Shown: piece after piece, positions 18,346 to 27,704 of the stretch
Numbering within the stretch: the first letter of the stretch is position 1
Layout: the number at the start of each line of letters is the position of its first letter
Assembly: GCA_046331705.1 (NCBI GenBank)
Contig: JAXLQJ010000008.1
Coordinates: forward strand, 1 to 64,000
Source: a bacterium
GTDB taxonomy: Bacteria; JADJOY01
Reading direction: 5' to 3'
Length of the DNA stretch: 64,000 nt
The notes under the pieces: model-generated
Told to the model about the DNA's origin: nothing
Databases searched by the model: none
Seen by the model: only the letters and a program-made list of their open reading frames with translations
Made by a program: the position numbers and the translations under genes

Positions 18346-20944
18346 GTGCCCGGCCCGACCGCGAGCGCCGACCGTAGCCCTGCGCCGCTCGCCGGCTACC
18401 AGCCCGTCGACGGCATCTACGACGAGCTGATCGACGAGCACGGCGCGGTCCGCCCGCAATGGCGCCACTTCGTCGACGCGCTGGGAACGCTCACGAGCGG
18501 CGAGCTGGCGCGGCGCTGGGATCAGGCGCGGCGGGCGATTCGCGACAACGGCGTGACCTACAACGTCTATGGCGATCCGAGCGGCCTCGACCGCCCGTGG
18601 CGTCTCGACCCGATCCCGCTCATCATCGCCGCCGACGAATGGAAGTGCCTGGAGCGCGGCTTGGCGCAGCGCGCCGCGCTGCTCGACGCGCTGCTCGACG
18701 ACATCTACGGCCCGCAAGCGCTCTTCTCGCAAGGCATCGTCCCGCCCGAGGTGGTGTTCGCCAACCCGGGTTTCCTGCGTCCTTGCCACACGGTCGGCGC
18801 GCGGCCGCGCACCCGCGTCACGCTCTACTCGACGGACCTCGCGCGCCAGCCGGACGGACGCTGGTGCGTGGTGGCCGATCGCACCCAGTCGCCATCCGGC
18901 GCGGGCTACGCGATCGAGAACCGCGTCATCGTGTCGCAGCTCTTCCTGGATGCGTTTCGCGCCTCCGAGGTCGCGCGCATGGCGCCCTTCTTCCAGCGAC
19001 TGCGCGACGCCGCCGCTGCGGGAGGCAGCGCCGAGGGCGGCGAGTCGCGCGTGGTGCTCTTGAGCCCGGGTCCTTACAACGAGACGTATTTCGAGCACGC
19101 CTATCTCGCCCGCTACCTGGGCTGCGACCTCGTCGAGGGCGCCGACCTCACGACCCGTACCGCCGGCGTGTTCTGGAAGACGCTCGGCGGTTTGGTGCCG
19201 GTGGACGCGATCCTGCGCCGGGTGGACGACGAGTGGTGCGACCCGCTCGAGCTCGCCCCCGATTCGGCGCTGGGAGTCGCCGGGCTGGTGCAGGCCGCGC
19301 ACGCGGGCCGCGTTCGCATCATCAACCCGCTCGGCAGCGGCGTGCTCGAGAGCCCGGCGTGGCTCGAGATCCTGCCGCGCGTCTGCGAGGAGCTGCGCAA
19401 CGAGTCGCTCGAGCTGGAGGCCACGCCCAGCTACTGGTGCGGCTTCGAGCGCAGCCGCGCCTCACGTTCTCGAGAACCTGCGCGGCTTGGTGGTCAAGCC
19501 CGCCTTCCGCCCGCGCCGACCCGGCGCGCCCCGCGAGCCGATCTTCGCCGAGAGCCTGGGCGACTCCGAGCTCGACCAGCTCGTCGGGCGCATCCAGCGC
19601 GCGCCCCACGACTTCGTCGCGCAGCAGCGCCTCGATCTCGCCAGCACGCCTTCCTGGACCGGGTCGACCATCGAGCCGCGGCGGGTGATGCTGCGGGCGT
19701 ACGTGCTCGGTTGCGACGGCCACTACACGGTGCTGCCGGGCGGCCTGGGACGGATCTCGAGCTCGGCCGAGGCGCTGGTGGTGTCGATGCAGCGCGGCGG
19801 CGGCAGCAAGGACGTGTGGGTGTGCTCGAGCGAACCGGTCGCCCACGTGCCGATGATCGAGGCGCCGCACCCGCCCATCGAGCTGCGTCGCGGCGGCGTG
19901 CGGCTGCCGAGCCGGGTCGCCGACGACCTCTTCTGGCTGGGCCGCTACGCCGAGCGCTGCGAGAGCGCCACCCGCGTGTTTCGCGCCGTGCTCAATCGCC
20001 TGAGCGACGAATCCGGGCTCACCGCGGCGCTGGAGCTCGCGGCGCTGCTCGAGATCCTGGGTGCGGACGCCGCGCTGATCGCGTCGTGGACGGGTGACGC
20101 CGAGGGCGAGGCCGGCCCCGCCCCCGATCGCCTCGGCGAGCTCGTCGAGCTGGTCTTCGCGGACGCCGGTCGCGTCCGCCTCGCCGCCACGCTCGAGCGG
20201 CTCCACCATGCGGCATGGCGCGTGCGGGAACGGATCTCCGGCGATACCTGGCGCATCCTCAATCAGATCCGCGAGCGGGTGCCCGATGCGCAGGCGGTCG
20301 CCGCGCTGGGCCTCTCCGGCGCCGCGGCCGCGGCGAACGAGATCCTCGCGTACCTGGCGGCGGTGAGCGGGCTCGAAGCCGAGAGCATGACGCGCGGCAA
20401 CGCGTGGAGGTTCCTGGAAGCCGGCCGCCGGCTCGAGCGCGCGATGCAGACGGCGCAGCTGCTCAGCGTGGCCGTGGGGCGAAGCGGCGACGACGAGGTC
20501 GCGGTGCTGCGCGCGGTCCTCGAGGTGGCGGACTCGGCGCTCACCTATCGCTCACGCTACCTGGCCGCGCTGCGGGTGGGCCCGGTCCTCGACTTGCTGC
20601 TGGTGGACGAGACCAATCCGCGCTCGGTGGGCTTCCAGCTCGCGGCGCTCGAGCGGCTCGTGAACGAGCTGCCCCGCGAGCGCAACGGCATGGAAGCGCC
20701 GGCGGCGGAGCACGCCGACGAATGGCAGCGGGTGCCGGCGCTGGCGGCGCGGATGCGCGCCACCGACGTGGAGCGGCTCGCGACGCTCGACGAGCACGGC
20801 GAGCGCGCCGGGCTCACCGAGTTGCTCGATGCGATCGCGACCGAGCTACCGCGAGTCTCGGACCTGCTCGCGCGCCAGTACTTCAGCCCCGCGGAGACCC
20901 ATCGTCAGCTCGCTCCGGCGAGCCACGCACGGACGACGCCGTGA
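18346..20944 (+). pseudogene. Circularly permuted type 2 ATP-grasp ligase fused to alpha-E (DUF403) domain, split by a +1 frameshift near 19462
   Basis: Frame 1 has NGVTYNVY, DRTQSPSGAGYAIENR, PGPYNETYFEHAYLARYLG, RRVDD, NPLGSG and YWCG. Homology continues in frame 2 from 19463 (HVLENLRGLVVKPAF...GGGSKDVWV...DLFWLGRYAERCE...GRRLER...DETNPRSVGFQL). Confidence 0.85.
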
Positions 20945-21816
20945 CCACCTATCGCGTCGACCACGTCACCCGCTACGCCTACGCGACCCCAGTCGCGGCC
21001 AGCCTCAATCAAGCGCACATCACTCCGCGCAACGGCCCCTATCAGGTCTGCCTCACGAGCCGCGTCCGCATCGACCCCAACCCCGCCGACTCGAGCATCC
21101 GCCCCGACTACTTCGACAACACGGTCACCTACTTCAGCATCCAGGAGCCCCATCGCGAGCTCTCGATCGCGGTCTCGAGCATGGTCGAGGTCTCGCGCCG
21201 TCCGTTTCCGCCGCCGCCCTCCACCACGCCCTGGGAGCGCGCGCGGCGCGTGCTGACGATGGACACGAGCCCCGGCGCGGTGGTGGCGCGGCAATTCGTG
21301 TTCGAGTCGGACTTCGTGCCCGTCGACGCCGAGCTGGTGGCCTACGCATCGCGCTCGTTCCCGCCTGGCCGGCCCATCCTGGAAGCCATCATCGATCTCA
21401 CCGAGCGCATCCGCGCCGAGTTCGTCTACGACCCACGCGCCACGTCGATCGCCACACCGGTCGCCGAGGTGCTCGCGCTGCGCCGCGGCGTGTGCCAGGA
21501 CTTCGCGCACCTCATGATCGGCTGCTTGCGTAGCCTCGGGCTCGCGGCCCGCTACGTGAGCGGCTACGTGCTCACGCGACCGCCGCCGGGCGGCGAGCGC
21601 CTGGTGGGCGCCGACGCCTCGCACGCCTGGGTGTCGGTGTGGTGCCCGGGCTTCGGCTGGATCGACGCCGATCCCACCAACGCGGTGCTGCCGAGCACCG
21701 AGCACATCACCCTGGCATGGGGACGCGACTACGCCGACGTGAGCCCGCTGCGCGGCATCGTCCTCGGCGGCGGCGCGCAATCGCTGTCGGTCGCCGTCGA
21801 GGTCGTGCCGGTCTGA
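20941..21816 (+). CDS. Transglutaminase family protein
   Basis: GTGA overlap; YRVDHVTRYAY, GVCQDFAH, ARYVSGY, ASHAWVSVW..GWIDADPTN, GRDYADVSP. Confidence 0.93.
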   Translation: MTTYRVDHVTRYAYATPVAASLNQAHITPRNGPYQVCLTSRVRIDPNPADSSIRPDYFDNTVTYFSIQEPHRELSIAVSSMVEVSRRPFPPPPSTTPWERARRVLTMDTSPGAVVARQFVFESDFVPVDAELVAYASRSFPPGRPILEAIIDLTERIRAEFVYDPRATSIATPVAEVLALRRGVCQDFAHLMIGCLRSLGLAARYVSGYVLTRPPPGGERLVGADASHAWVSVWCPGFGWIDADPTNAVLPSTEHITLAWGRDYADVSPLRGIVLGGGAQSLSVAVEVVPV

Positions 21817-21883
21817 CCTCGGCGAGTGCTGCGCCGAGCCTCGTGGGCGGGAGAGCGGATCACGAAGCGTCGGTTGCGGCGGC

Positions 21884-23854
21884 TCACCGGAGACGACGAC
21901 TCGTTCGACGGCGCGCGACGGCGAGGGCGGCGAGCGTCGTGAGAACGCACGCGGCGTCGCTTGCGCTCCGCGCCGCCCGGCCCGAAGCGATGGCGCACCC
22001 GCCCGTGGGCGGCGGCGGCGCGATGAGCGCCGCCACGCGTTCGCGCACCGAACGCACCTCCGCTTCCTGAAGCGTCCACGGCGGATCGAAGGGGTTGTAT
22101 GAGGGCGGGATGAAGAACGCTCCCGGCTGCGTGTACGCCTCCGCGACGATCGCGCGCACCGCGTCCTCGCCGGCCACGGCGCTCGCGAGCTTGAACATCT
22201 CCCAATCCTCGAGCCCGTCGCGAGTCGCTTCCAGACGCACCGTGCCGATCGGCCCGTCGATGGCGATGCTCGGCGGCGAGCCGGCGGGGGCCTCGCGGCC
22301 GTCGTGATCGCCGGGATAGAAGAGGAAGCCGTCGCCGTTGCGCGCCACCAGCGGAAAGGCCTCCGGGTCGATGAGCTGGTGCCACGGGTCCTCGGTGACC
22401 CAGCGATTGGTGCGCCAGTAGAGAAAGCCGCTGGCGTGCTCGAACCACGACGCCCACATGAGGATGCGCGGCTCGTAGTTGTACGTGGTGTCGATGTCGT
22501 AGCCCGCGTAGGGCGGGAACGTGCAGTTGCACACGTAGAACCAGAGCTTCTCGCCGAGCGCGCGGCGCGCGTCGTAGACCGCGCGGCCCGGGAACTGGAT
22601 GCCGATCCAGCCCACGAAGAACTCGTCGTAGACCGTGGTGTTCGGCACCCACAGATCGATCGAGCCCTCGAGCCGCGAGTCGAAGTACGAGGTGGAGAGG
22701 AAGTGGCCGGCCCAGTCGGGATCGCCCGCCTTCATGAGCGCCACGTCGGCGACGATGCGCGGATACGCGTCGTTGTCCATCCACGGCTCGTCCTTGGTGT
22801 AGACGTACGCCTTGTCGAACCAGCCCTTCTCCTTGAGATGGTGCGCGAGCGCGGCGGCTGCCGCGGAGTACTGGGCATCGGTGAGACTCGACTGCAATCC
22901 GCCGCTGGTGCCGGGGTCGAAGAACCCGACGTTGAAGCCGGCGATGCCGACGCCATCCTGGTAGTAGCTGCCGTCGAGACGCGGGCCCATGACGGCGTCG
23001 AATTGCGACCAATCCACAGGCAGCAGCTCGCCGGCGCCGTCGAACTGGAACGGCGTCGGTACGCGCTGCGCCGGATCGGTCTGGTCGACGCGATGCCGGT
23101 GGAGCTCCTCGTCGTAGTTCTGGAGCGCGGCCAGCCCATCCGCGTCCCACGTGCCGTCCGGCCCACCGTGGAAGTCCAGCACGGCGTTCCACGACAGGCC
23201 GTAGGCGGTCTGAATGGTTCGCTCCCGCGGGATCGCGAAATCCCACACGGTGAGCTGAACGGGCACGGCAACCGCATCGCGGCCCGCGGCAGTCACGGTG
23301 AGAGTGCCTTCGTAGACGGCCGAGGGCGTGTCCTCGGGAACGTCGACCGTCACCCAGATCGGCTGGGCGCGCCCCGCGGGCACGTCGAAGGGCGCTCCGA
23401 GCGGCGGGTGCGCGGGGTCGTACGGGTCCTGGAACGGGATCAGGGGATCGGGATACTCGCCGACGGCGCGCGGGTTGAGCAGCACGCCGCCGAGGAACGA
23501 GGGCAACGTGACGGTCACGAAGTCCTCGCGATAGAGCCGAACCCGGTCCGCGCCAATCCCGTGACCCGCCGCGTCCCGGAGCTCGCCGATGCTCGCGTCG
23601 ACACCGCTCAATCCGGTGTCGCCGCCGTGCACCACCACCTGAAAGCCCTCGCTCTCGTTGCGCGCCGCCGCGAACGCGGCCGGGCCGAGCGGAAGGACCG
23701 GATCGTCGGGAAACACCCGCGCCGTTGCCGGCCGCACCCACACCGAGAACGAAGCCGCCGATGCCGGCCGTGCCGTGCTCGTGACGATACCCACCAGCGC
23801 CAGCGCGATGGCCGCCCAGTGGTGCCGCGCCATCACCGTCGTGACTGAACTCAT
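21884..23854 (-). CDS. Secreted DUF4091/GH123-like glycoside hydrolase with MYXO-CTERM-like tail
   Basis: Signal peptide; AARNESEGFQ, DEP, GFLYW, NGDGFLFYPG, RLEATRDGLEDWE; C-terminal PPPPTGGCAIA...LAALAVARRR. Confidence 0.8.
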   Translation of the reverse strand: MSSVTTVMARHHWAAIALALVGIVTSTARPASAASFSVWVRPATARVFPDDPVLPLGPAAFAAARNESEGFQVVVHGGDTGLSGVDASIGELRDAAGHGIGADRVRLYREDFVTVTLPSFLGGVLLNPRAVGEYPDPLIPFQDPYDPAHPPLGAPFDVPAGRAQPIWVTVDVPEDTPSAVYEGTLTVTAAGRDAVAVPVQLTVWDFAIPRERTIQTAYGLSWNAVLDFHGGPDGTWDADGLAALQNYDEELHRHRVDQTDPAQRVPTPFQFDGAGELLPVDWSQFDAVMGPRLDGSYYQDGVGIAGFNVGFFDPGTSGGLQSSLTDAQYSAAAAALAHHLKEKGWFDKAYVYTKDEPWMDNDAYPRIVADVALMKAGDPDWAGHFLSTSYFDSRLEGSIDLWVPNTTVYDEFFVGWIGIQFPGRAVYDARRALGEKLWFYVCNCTFPPYAGYDIDTTYNYEPRILMWASWFEHASGFLYWRTNRWVTEDPWHQLIDPEAFPLVARNGDGFLFYPGDHDGREAPAGSPPSIAIDGPIGTVRLEATRDGLEDWEMFKLASAVAGEDAVRAIVAEAYTQPGAFFIPPSYNPFDPPWTLQEAEVRSVRERVAALIAPPPPTGGCAIASGRAARSASDAACVLTTLAALAVARRRTSRRLR

Positions 23855-24086
23855 TGCGTCTCCCGTGACTGCGAGCGATGACGACTCTCCATCGTCTCAC
23901 GAGCGCGCGACCGGCGTCAGCAGCGCCCCGGATCCGTCGTGCGCCGAGGGTGGGGACGCGCGCGGTGCCGGTCGTGCGCCGCGGGCCCGGGCTCAGGTTC
24001 GGACCGGCCGCCGCCGATGAGAGATCCGAGAGCACGGCGCGCGCTCGCACGCGCGCGCCGCGCGCGACGACGCCCATCGAACCGCC

Positions 24087-25655
24087 ATGTCCGCGCTGCG
24101 TGTCACCGACCGCGTCGTCCTCGACCGCCGAGCCGATCGCTATTTCTCGTTCCCCGACGTGACCACGCTGGCCGATGGCCGGGTGCTGGCGGCCTACCGC
24201 ACCGCCAACGTCCACTATCCGCCCGATCCGGCGAGCACCTTCATCCGCTTCCGCCACGGCTCGCGCGACGGGCTCGTGTGGTCCGAGCCGTGGGAGCTCG
24301 CCGAGCGGCCGGCGAACCTCGAACGCACCTGGTTCGATTGCCCGCGCTTGCGCACGCTCGCCGACGGCACCGTGGCGATGACGTTGAATCTGGGCGGCAG
24401 CCCGGGGCCGGGCGGCATCGTCGAGAGCACCTGGCTCACGTTCAGCCACGACGGCGGCCGCACCTGGGAGCCGCTTCGCGAGCTGCCGCTGGTGGGCATC
24501 GTCCCCGATCGCGTGCTGATCCGCGACGGCGGCCATTGGATCGTCTCCGCTCACTACCACGTGCCGTCGGGGCCCTATCGCCTGGTGCAGAAGTGCATCC
24601 TGAGCGACGACGCCGGGCGCACGTGGAGCCCGGAGATCCAGCTCGCGGGCGATCCGGCGCTCCAGCTCTGCGAGGTGAGTCTGCTCGATCGCGGCGCGGG
24701 GCGGATCGACGCGTTTCTGCGTGAGGACCAGGGCATCCGCTACCCGACGCTCTGCGCCAGCTCGTTCGACGGCGGACGGAGCTTTGGTGCGCTCGAGGCG
24801 CATCCGAGTCGCGGCCACCGCATCACCACCGGGCTCCTTCCCGATGGAAGGATGCTCGCCACGTATCGCAACGTGGCGGGGCTGCCGGCGACCTGCGGTT
24901 GGCTGGGATCGCCGGATGCCCGAGGAGCCGTCGCCTCGGGAGTGCTCCTCGAGCCCGCCGTCGCAGCGCTCGTCGACGGCTCGCTGGTGCTCGACACCGA
25001 GGGCGGCGGTGCCGTCGAGTTCGGCCACGACCCCATCGAGTCGCTCGCCGAGAGCACGCTGGCGATCGAGGCCGAGGTACGCGTGCTCGCCGCGGAGCGC
25101 TGCGCCGCCGTGCTCCGCGGTGGTGCCGTGTTGCGCCTCACCCCGGACCAGCTCGAGCTCGACGCGTGCGGGGATCTGGCGCCGTACGTCCACGCCGTCG
25201 ATCTCACGTGCTGGCGTCGCATCCGCCTGACGCTCACCAACGCCACGGTGGCGGTGGCCCTCGACGGCCGTCTGCTCTTCGCCGCTCCGCTCGGCCGGGA
25301 CGTGCCGAGGGGCGCGCGCGTCGTCGCCTTCGGCAACGCGCCGACGGCCGCGCGCGGCGCCTATCGCTATACGGAGAACGCTGGCCGCTCGCTGTGGCGA
25401 TCGGTGGCGATCGAGGTGGTCAATCCGCGGCTGCCTGGGTATCGATGGTGCTGGTCCGCGGCGAGCGGGCGCATGCCCGACCACGAGGAGCGCGAGCACC
25501 AATCGGTGCTGTGGCTCGAATCCAGCGGCCAGATCTTCGATCACGGCTACACGGGATGGACGCTGCTTCACGACGGCCACGTGCTCGTCGTCAACTACGC
25601 TCGCGGCGCCGATCCCAAGCCCGTCATCCACGCGTACCGCGTCGCCGTCGACTGA
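24087..25655 (+). CDS. BNR/Asp-box sialidase-like beta-propeller protein
   Basis: YFSFPDV, Asp boxes SRDGLVW, SHDGGRTW, SDDAGRTW, SFDGGRSF; C-terminal DHGYTGW; no signal peptide. Confidence 0.8.
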   Translation: MSALRVTDRVVLDRRADRYFSFPDVTTLADGRVLAAYRTANVHYPPDPASTFIRFRHGSRDGLVWSEPWELAERPANLERTWFDCPRLRTLADGTVAMTLNLGGSPGPGGIVESTWLTFSHDGGRTWEPLRELPLVGIVPDRVLIRDGGHWIVSAHYHVPSGPYRLVQKCILSDDAGRTWSPEIQLAGDPALQLCEVSLLDRGAGRIDAFLREDQGIRYPTLCASSFDGGRSFGALEAHPSRGHRITTGLLPDGRMLATYRNVAGLPATCGWLGSPDARGAVASGVLLEPAVAALVDGSLVLDTEGGGAVEFGHDPIESLAESTLAIEAEVRVLAAERCAAVLRGGAVLRLTPDQLELDACGDLAPYVHAVDLTCWRRIRLTLTNATVAVALDGRLLFAAPLGRDVPRGARVVAFGNAPTAARGAYRYTENAGRSLWRSVAIEVVNPRLPGYRWCWSAASGRMPDHEEREHQSVLWLESSGQIFDHGYTGWTLLHDGHVLVVNYARGADPKPVIHAYRVAVD

Positions 25656-25778
25656 CGCGCACCGGCGGCGCAGCGGCGCGAGCCGCGCGGAGCGCGTTGG
25701 CCGTGCGAGCGCGCCGTCGGTCGTCCTTGCAGCCGAGCGCTCGGCGCACCTAATAATGCGGGCTCTCGGGGAGACGCG

Positions 25779-26396
25779 ATGATCACGAGCGGGGTTCGGT
25801 TTCTGGCGAGTTCGGTGCTCGGGCTCGCGCTGGTGAGCGGGTTGGGCGCCCGCGCCGCCGCGGCGGAAGCAGCGAACGCAACGAAGTTCCGCTATCTGGA
25901 CCGGAGCGGACAGCCGGCGCTCACGCTCGAGGTGCGCGAGGGCGCCGTCGACGTGAGCGACGGCAAAGGCGTTCGCGTGGGGACGATCAAGCTCGGCGAC
26001 GATCGCGTGAAGTTTCGGGATGCGAGCGACGTCGAGCGTCTCAAGGTGAAGCGCAAGGAGAACGGCGCCGAGATCGAGGACGGCGCCGGCACCCGGCTCT
26101 ACCGCGTGAAGCTCAAGGACGAGGGCAAGATCGAGATCGAGGACGCTTCGGGCCGCACGGTCGCCAAGGCCAAGCCGAAGGAATCGGGCTTCGAGGTGCG
26201 GCGCGAGAGCGGCGACACGATCGCCAAGGTCAAGATCCGGCCCGGCAAGCTCGTCTTCGAGACCGAAGGCGGCGAGCGCATCGGCGATCTCGATGGCGCG
26301 AGCGACGCGCGCGCCGGTGTCTGGCTCGCGGTCGACCAGCTGCCGATCCCGGAACGCGCCGCGCTCTGGGCCTACTTCGCGAAGGTGGCGCCGTGA
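25779..26396 (+). CDS. Secreted hypothetical protein with ~20-aa beta-hairpin repeats
   Basis: Signal peptide; repeated units such as IEDGAGTRLYRVKLK, IEDASGRTVAKAKPK, VRRESGDTIAKVKIR. Confidence 0.75.
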   Translation: MITSGVRFLASSVLGLALVSGLGARAAAAEAANATKFRYLDRSGQPALTLEVREGAVDVSDGKGVRVGTIKLGDDRVKFRDASDVERLKVKRKENGAEIEDGAGTRLYRVKLKDEGKIEIEDASGRTVAKAKPKESGFEVRRESGDTIAKVKIRPGKLVFETEGGERIGDLDGASDARAGVWLAVDQLPIPERAALWAYFAKVAP

Positions 26397-26692
26397 GCTG
26401 CGGCGAGCGCAGCGGCTTTCTCTTCGCGCACGCCTGCGATCGCCCGGCGACGGGCTCGTGCTTCTCGTGCGGCAAGCCGATCTGCCTCTTGCACACGCGG
26501 CCCTCGGCCGATGGAGCGAGCGCGCTCTGCGTCACGTGCGCGGCCGCGCAGGGCCCCCTCGCGCAGGACGATCCCTATCGCGACCGCGCCTCCACCTACG
26601 ATTCCGACGACTATCGGGCCTTCGACGATACCGCCGACTCGACCGACGCCGGCGTGGGAGACGACTACGAATCCGACCCCAGCGCGAGCTGA
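26393..26692 (+). CDS. Small Cys/His (B-box-like) Zn-finger protein with Asp/Tyr/Ser/Thr-rich tail
   Basis: GTGA overlap; C3-x11-C-x7-CxxC-x4-CxxH-x11-CxxC; acidic C-terminus. Confidence 0.7.
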   Translation: MSCGERSGFLFAHACDRPATGSCFSCGKPICLLHTRPSADGASALCVTCAAAQGPLAQDDPYRDRASTYDSDDYRAFDDTADSTDAGVGDDYESDPSAS

Positions 26693-27704
26693 GGCGAGAG
26701 GCTCGCGCGGCGTCGTCTACTACGCCCTCGGTGGCGGCCATGGGCACGCGCTGCGCGGCCTCGCGCTGCTCACCCGTCTCGGCTACGGCACGATCCTCCT
26801 CCCCGAGCGTTTGGCGCCGTGGGCGCACGCGCTCGGAGTCGAGTGCCTCGTCGCTCCCGACGGCGGTGGCGCACCGGCCGAGCTGCTCGCCGGCGTGCGC
26901 AACCCGGGCTTGCTGCTGGTCGACGTCTTCCCGCGCGGAGTCGTGGGGGAGCTCGGCCCCTGGCTTCGACGCGCCGAGGCGAGCTGGCTCATCGGCCGGC
27001 AGCTACGGCCGGGCTACTACTTGCACGCGCCGGTGCGCGCGGCGATCGAGTCGCATTACCAGCGGATCGTGTGGACCGAGTCGCCGCCAGCGGAGCTCGA
27101 CGAGATCGCGGTTCCCGCGCAGCGAATCGCGCCCGTGCTGCTGGCGCCGTCGCCGCTCGAGCGCAGCGAGGCTCGCGACGCGCTCCACGTGGGTGCGGGC
27201 GAGCGGCTGCTGCTCGGCATCGGCAGCGGATCCGCGGCCACCCAGGCACGCATGGCACGGCTGCTGGCCAAGCTTGCGCAACGGCTGGGCCTGGCGTTCC
27301 GATTCGTCAGCCACGAGCTCTCGGCCTCCGCGGGTGGCGTCGCGCTCTTTCCGCTGGCGCGCTTCCTCGCGGCTGCCGACGTCGCCGTGGCAGCGGGCGG
27401 CTACCACGCGTTCCACGAGCTGGCGGCGGCGAACGTCCCCACCGTGTTCGTCCCGCAACGGCGGCGACACGACGATCAAGCGTTGCGGGTGGCGGCAGCG
27501 CCGCGGGCCCGCGACCCGATCGAGCTAGAGCGCGCCGTCGCGCGCTTGCTCGCCGCCAGCGACGCTCGAGCCGCCGACGGTGAGCGCCGCCGCTTCGTCG
27601 CCGCGCCCGATGCCGGCGCCCGCGCCCTGGCCGCGCTCGTCGAGGGACGCGTGCAAGAGCGCGTTCTCGGGCAGGAAGAGATCGCAACGGCGGCATGCCG
27701 ATAG
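26688..27704 (+). CDS. GT-B glycosyltransferase (MurG/GT28/SpsG-like); start codon unclear
   Basis: VVYYALGGGHGHALRG, LLLVDVFPRG, ADVAVAAGGYHAFHE, DDQALR. The only in-frame ATG is at 26511, inside the upstream gene. Confidence 0.75.
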   Translation, partial: AEARGSRGVVYYALGGGHGHALRGLALLTRLGYGTILLPERLAPWAHALGVECLVAPDGGGAPAELLAGVRNPGLLLVDVFPRGVVGELGPWLRRAEASWLIGRQLRPGYYLHAPVRAAIESHYQRIVWTESPPAELDEIAVPAQRIAPVLLAPSPLERSEARDALHVGAGERLLLGIGSGSAATQARMARLLAKLAQRLGLAFRFVSHELSASAGGVALFPLARFLAAADVAVAAGGYHAFHELAAANVPTVFVPQRRRHDDQALRVAAAPRARDPIELERAVARLLAASDARAADGERRRFVAAPDAGARALAALVEGRVQERVLGQEEIATAACR

